DNA of 64,000 nucleotides from Eledone cirrhosa (taxonomy: Eukaryota): contig OZ024744.1 of the NCBI GenBank assembly GCA_964016885.1, forward strand, positions 46,996,001 through 47,060,000, given 5' to 3'. The translations under genes were made by a program, and so were the position numbers. The notes beneath the pieces are model-generated. The model saw nothing but the letters and a program-made list of their open reading frames with translations, did no database searches and was not told where the DNA came from. Shown here piece after piece: positions 52,101 to 61,100 of this stretch (positions are counted from its first letter, which is position 1; each line of letters starts with the position of its first letter).

Positions 52101-55100
52101 CTGGGTGCTTTTTGCTATGTCTTTCACATGTCCACCTTACAGTGTGGGCTGGGTGCTTTTTGCTGTGTCTTTCACATGTCCAATTTACAGTGTGGGCTGG
52201 GTGCTTGTTGTTGTGTCTTTCTCACGTCCACTTTACAGTGTGGGCTGGGTGCTTTTTGCTGTGTCTTTCACATGTCCACTTTACAGTGTGGACTGGGTGC
52301 TTTTTGCAGTGTCTTTCACACGTCCACTTTACAGTGTGGGCTGGGTGCTTTTTGCTGTGTCTTTCACATGTCCACTTTACAGTGTGGGCTGGGTGCTTTT
52401 TACTGTGTCTTTCACATGTCCACTTTACAGTGTGGGCTGGGTGCTTTTTGCTGTGTCTTTCACATGTCCACTTTACAGTGTGGGCTGGGTGCTTTTTGCT
52501 GTGTCTTTCACATGTCCAATTTACAGTGTAGGCTGGGTGCTTTTTGCAGTGTCTTTCACACGTCCACTTTACAGTGTGGGCTGGGTGCTTTTTGCTGTGT
52601 CTTTCACACGTCCACTTTACAGTGTAGGCTGGGTGCTTTTTGCTGTGTCTTTCACATGTCCACTTTACAGTGTGGGCTGGGTGCTTTTTGCTGTGTCTTT
52701 CACATGTCCACTTTACAGTGTGGGCTGGGTGCTTTTTGCTGTGTCTTTCACATGTCCACTTTACAGTGTGGGCTGGGTGATTTTTGCTGTGTCTTTCACA
52801 TGTCCACTTCACAGTGTGGGCTGGGTGCTTTTTACAGTGTCTTTCACACGTCCACTTTACAGTGTGGGCTGGGTGCTTTTTGCTGTGTCTTTCACACGTC
52901 CACTTTATAGTGTGGGCTGGGTGCTTTTTGCTGTGTCTTTCACAAGTCCACTTTACATTGTGGGCTGGGTGCTTTTTGCTGTGTCTTTCACATGTCCACT
53001 TTACAATGTGCGCCGGGTGCTTTTTGCTGTGTCTTTCACATATCCACTTTACAGTGTGGGCTGGGTGCTTGTTGTTGTGTCTTTCTCACGTCCAATTTAC
53101 AGTGTGGGCTGGGTGCTTTTTGCTTTGTCTTTCACACGTCAACTTTACAGTGTGGGCTGGGTGCTTTTTGCTGTGTCTTTCACACGCCAACTATACAGTG
53201 TGGGCTGGGTGCTTTTTGCTGTGTCTTTCACATATCCACTTTACAGTGTGGGCTGTGTGCTTTTTGCAGTGTCTTTCACACGTCCACTTTACAGTGTGGG
53301 CTGGGTGATTTTTGCTGTGTCTTTCACGCGTCCACTTTACAGTGTGGGCTGGGTGCTTTTTGCTGTGTCTTTCACATATCAACTTTACAGTGTGGGCTGG
53401 GTGCTTTTTGCAGTGTCTTTCACACGTCCACTTTACAGTCTGGGCTGTGTGCTTTTTGCAGTGTCTTTCACACGTCCACTTTACAGTGTGGGCTGGGTAC
53501 TTTTTGCTGTGTCTTTCACATGTCCACTTTACAGTGTGGGCTGGGTGCTTTTTGCTGTGTCTTTCACATATCCACTTTAGAGTGTGGGCTGGGTGCTTTT
53601 TGCTGAGTCTTTCACACGTCCACTTTACAATGTGGGCTGGGTGCTTTTTGCTGTGTCTTTCACACGTCCACTTTACAGTGTGGGCTGGGTGCTTTTTGCT
53701 GTGTCTTTCACATGTCCACTTTACAATGTGGGCTGGGTGCTTTTTGCTGTGTCTTTCACATGTCCACTTTACAGTGTGGGCTGGGTGCTTTTTGCTGAGT
53801 CTTTCACACATCCACTTTACAATGTGGGCTGGGTGCTTTTTGCTGTGTCTTTCACACGTCCACTTTACAGTGTGGGCTGGGTGCTTTTTGCTGTGTCTTT
53901 CACATGTCCACTTTACAGTGTGCGCTGGGTGGTTTTTGCTGTGTCTTTCACATGTCCACTTTATAGTGTGGGCTGGGTGCTTTTTGCAGTGTCTTTCACA
54001 CGTCCACTTTACAGTTTGGGCTGGGTGCTTTTTGCTGTGTCTTTCACATGTCCACCTTACAGTGTGGGCTGGGTGCTTTTTGCTGTGTCTTTCACATGTC
54101 CAATTTACAGTGTGGGCTGGGTGCTTGTTGCTGTGTCTTTCTCACGTCCACTTTACAGTGTGGGCTGGGTGCTTTTTGCTGTGTCTTTCACATGTCCACT
54201 TTACAGTGTGGGCTGGGTGCTTTTTGCAGTGTCTTTCACACGTCCACTTTACAGTGTGGGCTGGGTGCTTTTTGCTGTGTCTTTCACATGTCCACTTTAC
54301 AGTGTGGGCTGGGTGCTTTTTGCTGTATCTTTCACATGTCCACTTTACAGTGTGGGCTGGGTGCTTTTTGCTGTGTCTTTCACATGTCCAATTTACGGTG
54401 TAGGCTGGGTGCTTTTTGCAGTGTCTTTCACACGTCCACTTTACAGTGTGGGCTGGGTGCTTTTTGCTGTGTCTTTCACATGTCCACTTTACAGTGTAGA
54501 CTGGGTGCTTTTTGCTGTGTCTTTCACATGTCCACTTTACAGTGTGGGCTGGGTGCTTTTTGTTGTGTCTTTCACATGTCCACTTCGCAGTGTGGGCTGG
54601 GTGCTTTTTGCTGTGTCTTTCACATGTCCACTTTACAGTGTGGGCTGTGTGCTTTTGCTGTGTCTTTCACATGTCCACTTTACAGTGTGGGCTGGGTGCT
54701 TGTTGCTGTGTCTTTCTCACGTCCACTTTACAGTGTGGGCTGGGTGCTTTTTGCTGTGTCTTTCACATGTCTACTTTACAGTGTGGGCTGGGTGCTTTTT
54801 TCAGTGTCTTTCACACGTCCACTTTACAGTGTGGGCTGGGTGCTTTTTGCTGTGTCTTTCACACGTCCACTTTACAGTGTAGGCTGGGTGCTTTTTGCTG
54901 TGTCTTTCACATGTCCACTTTACAGTGTGGGCTGGGTGCTTTTTGCTGTGTCTTTAACATGTCCACTTTACAGTGTGGGCTGGGTGCTTTTTGCAGTGTC
55001 TTTCACACGTCCACTTTACAGTGTGCGCTGGGTGCTTTTTGCTGTGTCTTTCACACGTCAACTTTACAGTGTGGGCTGGGTGCTTTTTGCTGTGTCTTTC

Positions 55101-58100
55101 ACATGTCCACTTTACAGTGTGGGCTGGGTGCTTTTTGCTGAGTCTTTCACACATCCACTTTACAATGTGGGCTGGGTGCTTTTTGCTGTGTCTTTCACAC
55201 GTCCACTTTACAGTGTGGGCTGGGTGCTTTTTGCTGTGTCTTTCACATGTCCACTTTACAGTGTGGGCTGGGTGGTTTTTGCTGTGTCTTTCACATGTCC
55301 ACTTTATAGTGTGGGCTGGGTGCTTTTTGCAGTGTCTTTCACACGTCCACTTTACAGTTTGGGCTGGGTGCTTTTTGCTGTGTCTTTCACATGTCCACCT
55401 TACAGTGTGGGCTGGGTGCTTTTTGCTGTGTCTTTCACATGTCCAATTTACAGTGTGGGCTGGGTGCTTGTTGCTGTGTCTTTCTCACGTCCACTTTACA
55501 GTGTGGGCTGGGTGCTTTTTGCTGTGTCTTTCACATGTCCACTTTACAGTGTGGACTGGGTGCTTTTTGCAGTGTCTTTCACACGTCCACTTTACAGTGT
55601 GGGCTGGGTACTTTTTGCTGTGTCTTTCACATGTCCACTTTACAGTGTGGGCTGGGTGCTTTTTGCTGTGTCTTTCACATATCCACTTTAGAGTGTGGGC
55701 TGGGTGCTTTTTGCTGAGTCTTTCACACGTCCACTTTACAATGTGGGCTGGGTGCTTTTTGCTGTGTCTTTCACACGTCCACTTTACAGTGTGGGCTGGG
55801 TGCTTTTTGCTGTGTCTTTCACATGTCCACTTTACAATGTGGGCTGGGTGCTTTTTGCTGTGTCTTTCACATGTCCACTTTACAGTGTGGGCTGGGTGCT
55901 TTTTGCTGAGTCTTTCACACATCCACTTTACAATGTGGGCTGGGTGCTTTTTGCTGTGTCTTTCACACGTCCACTTTACAGTGTGGGCTGGGTGCTTTTT
56001 GCTGTGTCTTTCACATGTCCACTTTACAGTGTGGGCTGGGTGCTTTTTGCTGTGTCTTTCACATGTTCACTTTATAGTGTGGGAGGGGTGCTTTTTGCAG
56101 TGTCTTTCACACGTCCACTTTACAGTGTGGGCTGGGTGCTTTTTGCTATGTCTTTCACATGTCCACCTTACAGTGTGGGCTGGGTGCTTTTTGCTGTGTC
56201 TTTCACATGTCCAATTTACAGTGTGGGCTGGGTGCTTGTTGTTGTGTCTTTCTCACGTCCACTTTACAGTGTGGGCTGGGTGCTTTTTGCTGTGTCTTTC
56301 ACATGTCCACTTTACAGTGTGGACTGGGTGCTTTTTGCAGTGTCTTTCACACGTCCACTTTACAGTGTGGGCTGGGTGCTTTTTGCTGTGTCTTTCACAT
56401 GTCCACTTTACAGTGTGGGCTGGGTGCTTTTTACTGTGTCTTTCACATGTCCACTTTACAGTGTGGGCTGGGTGCTTTTTGCTGTGTCTTTCACATGTCC
56501 ACTTTACAGTGTGGGCTGGGTGCTTTTTGCTGTGTCTTTCACATGTCCAATTTACAGTGTAGGCTGGGTGCTTTTTGCAGTGTCTTTCACACGTCCACTT
56601 TACAGTGTGGGCTGGGTGCTTTTTGCTGTGTCTTTCACACGTCCACTTTACAGTGTAGGCTGGGTGCTTTTTGCTGTGTCTTTCACATGTCCACTTTACA
56701 GTGTGGGCTGGGTGCTTTTTGCTGTGTCTTTCACATGTCCACTTTACAGTGTGGGCTGGGTGCTTTTTGCTGTGTCTTTCACATGTCCACTTTACAGTGT
56801 GGGCAGGGTGATTTTTGCTGTGTCTTTCACATGTCCACTTCACAGTGTGGGCTGGGTGCTTTTTACAGTGTCTTTCACACGTCCACTTTACAGTGTGGGC
56901 TGGGTGCTTTTTGCTGTGTCTTTCACACGTCCACTTTATAGTGTGGGCTGGGTGCTTTTTGCTGTGTCTTTCACAAGTCCACTTTACATTGTGGGCTGGG
57001 TGCTTTTTGCTGTGTCTTTCACATGTCCACTTTACAATGTGCGCCGGGTGCTTTTTGCTGTGTCTTTCACATATCCACTTTACAGTGTGGGCTGGGTGCT
57101 TGTTGTTGTGTCTTTCTCACGTCCAATTTACAGTGTGGGCTGGGTGCTTTTTGCTTTGTCTTTCACACGTCAACTTTACAGTGTGGGCTGGGTGCTTTTT
57201 GCTGTGTCTTTCACACGCCAACTATACAGTGTGGGCTGGGTGCTTTTTGCTGTGTCTTTCACATATCCACTTTACAGTGTGGGCTGTGTGCTTTTTGCAG
57301 TGTCTTTCACACGTCCACTTTACAGTGTGGGCTGGGTGATTTTTGCTGTGTCTTTCACGCGTCCACTTTACAGTGTGGGCTGGGTGCTTTTTGCTGTGTC
57401 TTTCACATATCAACTTTACAGTGTGGGCTGGGTGCTTTTTGCAGTGTCTTTCTCACGTCCACTTTACAGTGTGGGCTGGGTGCTTTTTGCTGTGTCTTTC
57501 ACATGTCCACTTTACAGTGTGGACTGGGTGCTTTTTGCAGTGTCTTTCACACGTCCACTTTACAGTGTGGGCTGGGTGCTTTTTGCTGTGTCTTTCACAT
57601 GTCCACTTTACAGTGTGGGCTGGGTGCTTTTTACTGTGTCTTTCACATGTCCACTTTACAGTGTGGGCTGGGTGCTTTTTGCTGTGTCTTTCACATGTCC
57701 ACTTTACAGTGTGGGCTGGGTGCTTTTTGCTGTGTCTTTCACATGTCCAATTTACAGTGTAGGCTGGGTGCTTTTTGCAGTGTCTTTCACACGTCCACTT
57801 TACAGTGTGGGCTGGGTGCTTTTTGCTGTGTCTTTCACACGTCCACTTTACAGTGTAGGCTGGGTGCTTTTTGCTGTGTCTTTCACATGTCCACTTTACA
57901 GTGTGGGCTGGGTGCTTTTTGCTGTGTCTTTCACATGTCCACTTTACAGTGTGGGCTGGGTGCTTTTTGCTGTGTCTTTCACATGTCCACTTTACAGTGT
58001 GGGCTGGGTGATTTTTGCTGTGTCTTTCACATGTCCACTTCACAGTGTGGGCTGGGTGCTTTTTACAGTGTCTTTCACACGTCCACTTTACAGTGTGGGC

Positions 58101-61100
58101 TGGGTGCTTTTTGCTGTGTCTTTCACACGTCCACTTTATAGTGTGGGCTGGGTGCTTTTTGCTGTGTCTTTCACAAGTCCACTTTACATTGTGGGCTGGG
58201 TGCTTTTTGCTGTGTCTTTCACATGTCCACTTTACAATGTGCGCCGGGTGCTTTTTGCTGTGTCTTTCACATATCCACTTTACAGTGTGGGCTGGGTGCT
58301 TGTTGTTGTGTCTTTCTCACGTCCAATTTACAGTGTGGGCTGGGTGCTTTTTGCTTTGTCTTTCACACGTCAACTTTACAGTGTGGGCTGGGTGCTTTTT
58401 GCTGTGTCTTTCACACGCCAACTATACAGTGTGGGCTGGGTGCTTTTTGCTGTGTCTTTCACATATCCACTTTACAGTGTGGGCTGTGTGCTTTTTGCAG
58501 TGTCTTTCACACGTCCACTTTACAGTGTGGGCTGGGTGATTTTTGCTGTGTCTTTCACGCGTCCACTTTACAGTGTGGGCTGGGTGCTTTTTGCTGTGTC
58601 TTTCACATATCAACTTTACAGTGTGGGCTGTGTGCTTTTTGCAGTGTCTTTCACACGTCCACTTTACAGTCTGGGCTGTGTGCTTTTTGCAGTGTCTTTC
58701 ACACGTCCACTTTACAGTGTGGGCTGGGTACTTTTTGCTGTGTCTTTCACATGTCCACTTTACAGTGTGGGCTGGGTGCTTTTTGCTGTGTCTTTCACAT
58801 ATCCACTTTAGAGTGTGGGCTGGGTGCTTTTTGCTGAGTCTTTCACACGTCCACTTTACAATGTGGGCTGGGTGCTTTTTGCTGTGTCTTTCACACGCCC
58901 ACTTTACAGTGTGGGCTGGGTGCTTTTTGCTGTGTCTTTCACATGTCCACTTTACAATGTGGGCTGGGTGCTTTTTGCTGTGTCTTTCACATGTCCACTT
59001 TACAGTGTGGGCTGGGTGCTTTTTGCTGAGTCTTTCACACATCCACTTTACAATGTGGGCTGGGTGCTTTTTGCTGTGTCTTTCACACGTCCACTTTACA
59101 GTGTGGGCTGGGTGCTTTTTGCTGTGTCTTTCACATGTCCACTTTACAGTGTGGGCTGGGTGCTTTTTGCTTTGTCTTTCACATGTTCACTTTATAGTGT
59201 GGGAGGGGTGCTTTTTGCAGTGTCTTTCACACGTCCACTTTACAGTGTGGGCTGGGTGCTTTTTGCTATGTCTTTCACATGTCCACCTTACAGTGTGGGC
59301 TGGGTGCTTTTTGCTGTGTCTTTCACATGTCCAATTTACAGTGTGGGCTGGGTGCTTGTTGTTGTGTCTTTCTCACGTCCACTTTACAGTGTGGGCTGGG
59401 TGCTTTTTGCTGTGTCTTTCACATGTCCACTTTACAGTGTGGACTGGGTGCTTTTTGCAGTGTCTTTCACACGTCCACTTTACAGTGTGGGCTGGGTGCT
59501 TTTTGCTGTGTCTTTCACATGTCCACTTTACAGTGTGGGCTGGGTGCTTTTTACTGTGTCTTTCACATGTCCACTTTACAGTGTGGGCTGGGTGCTTTTT
59601 GCTGTGTCTTTCACATGTCCACTTTACAGTGTGGGCTGGGTGCTTTTTGCTGTGTCTTTCACATGTCCAATTTACAGTGTAGGCTGGGTGCTTTTTGCAG
59701 TGTCTTTCACACGTCCACTTTACAGTGTGGGCTGGGTGCTTTTTGCTGTGTCTTTCACACGTCCACTTTACAGTGTAGGCTGGGTGCTTTTTGCTGTGTC
59801 TTTCACATGTCCACTTTACAGTGTGGGCTGGGTGCTTTTTGCTGTGTCTTTCACATGTCCACTTTACAGTGTGGGCTGGGTGCTTTTTGCTGTGTCTTTC
59901 ACATGTCCACTTTACAGTGTGGGCTGGGTGATTTTTGCTGTGTCTTTCACATGTCCACTTCACAGTGTGGGCTGGGTGCTTTTTACAGTGTCTTTCACAC
60001 GTCCACTTTACAGTGTGGGCTGGGTGCTTTTTGCTGTGTCTTTCACACGTCCACTTTATAGTGTGGGCTGGGTGCTTTTTGCTGTGTCTTTCACAAGTCC
60101 ACTTTACATTGTGGGCTGGGTGCTTTTTGCTGTGTCTTTCACATGTCCACTTTACAATGTGCGCCGGGTGCTTTTTGCTGTGTCTTTCACATATCCACTT
60201 TACAGTGTGGGCTGGGTGCTTGTTGTTGTGTCTTTCTCACGTCCAATTTACAGTGTGGGCTGGGTGCTTTTTGCTTTGTCTTTCACACGTCAACTTTACA
60301 GTGTGGGCTGGGTGCTTTTTGCTGTGTCTTTCACACGCCAACTATACAGTGTGGGCTGGGTGCTTTTTGCTGTGTCTTTCACATATCCACTTTACAGTGT
60401 GGGCTGTGTGCTTTTTGCAGTGTCTTTCACACGTCCACTTTACAGTGTGGGCTGGGTGATTTTTGCTGTGTCTTTCACGCGTCCACTTTACAGTGTGGGC
60501 TGGGTGCTTTTTGCTGTGTCTTTCACATATCAACTTTACAGTGTGGGCTGGGTGCTTTTTGCAGTGTCTTTCACACGTCCACTTTACAGTCTGGGCTGTG
60601 TGCTTTTTGCAGTGTCTTTCACACGTCCACTTTACAGTGTGGGCTGGGTACTTTTTGCTGTGTCTTTCACATGTCCACTTTACAGTGTGGGCTGGGTGCT
60701 TTTTGCTGTGTCTTTCACATATCCACTTTAGAGTGTGGGCTGGGTGCTTTTTGCTGAGTCTTTCACACGTCCACTTTACAATGTGGGCTGGGTGCTTTTT
60801 GCTGTGTCTTTCACACGTCCACTTTACAGTGTGGGCTGGGTGCTTTTTGCTGTGTCTTTCACATGTCCACTTTACAATGTGGGCTGGGTGCTTTTTGCTG
60901 TGTCTTTCACATGTCCACTTTACAGTGTGGGCTGGGTGCTTTTTGCTGAGTCTTTCACACATCCACTTTACAATGTGGGCTGGGTGCTTTTTGCTGTGTC
61001 TTTCACACGTCCACTTTACAGTGTGGGCTGGGTGCTTTTTGCTGTGTCTTTCACATGTCCACTTTACAGTGTGGGCTGGGTGGTTTTTGCTGTGTCTTTC

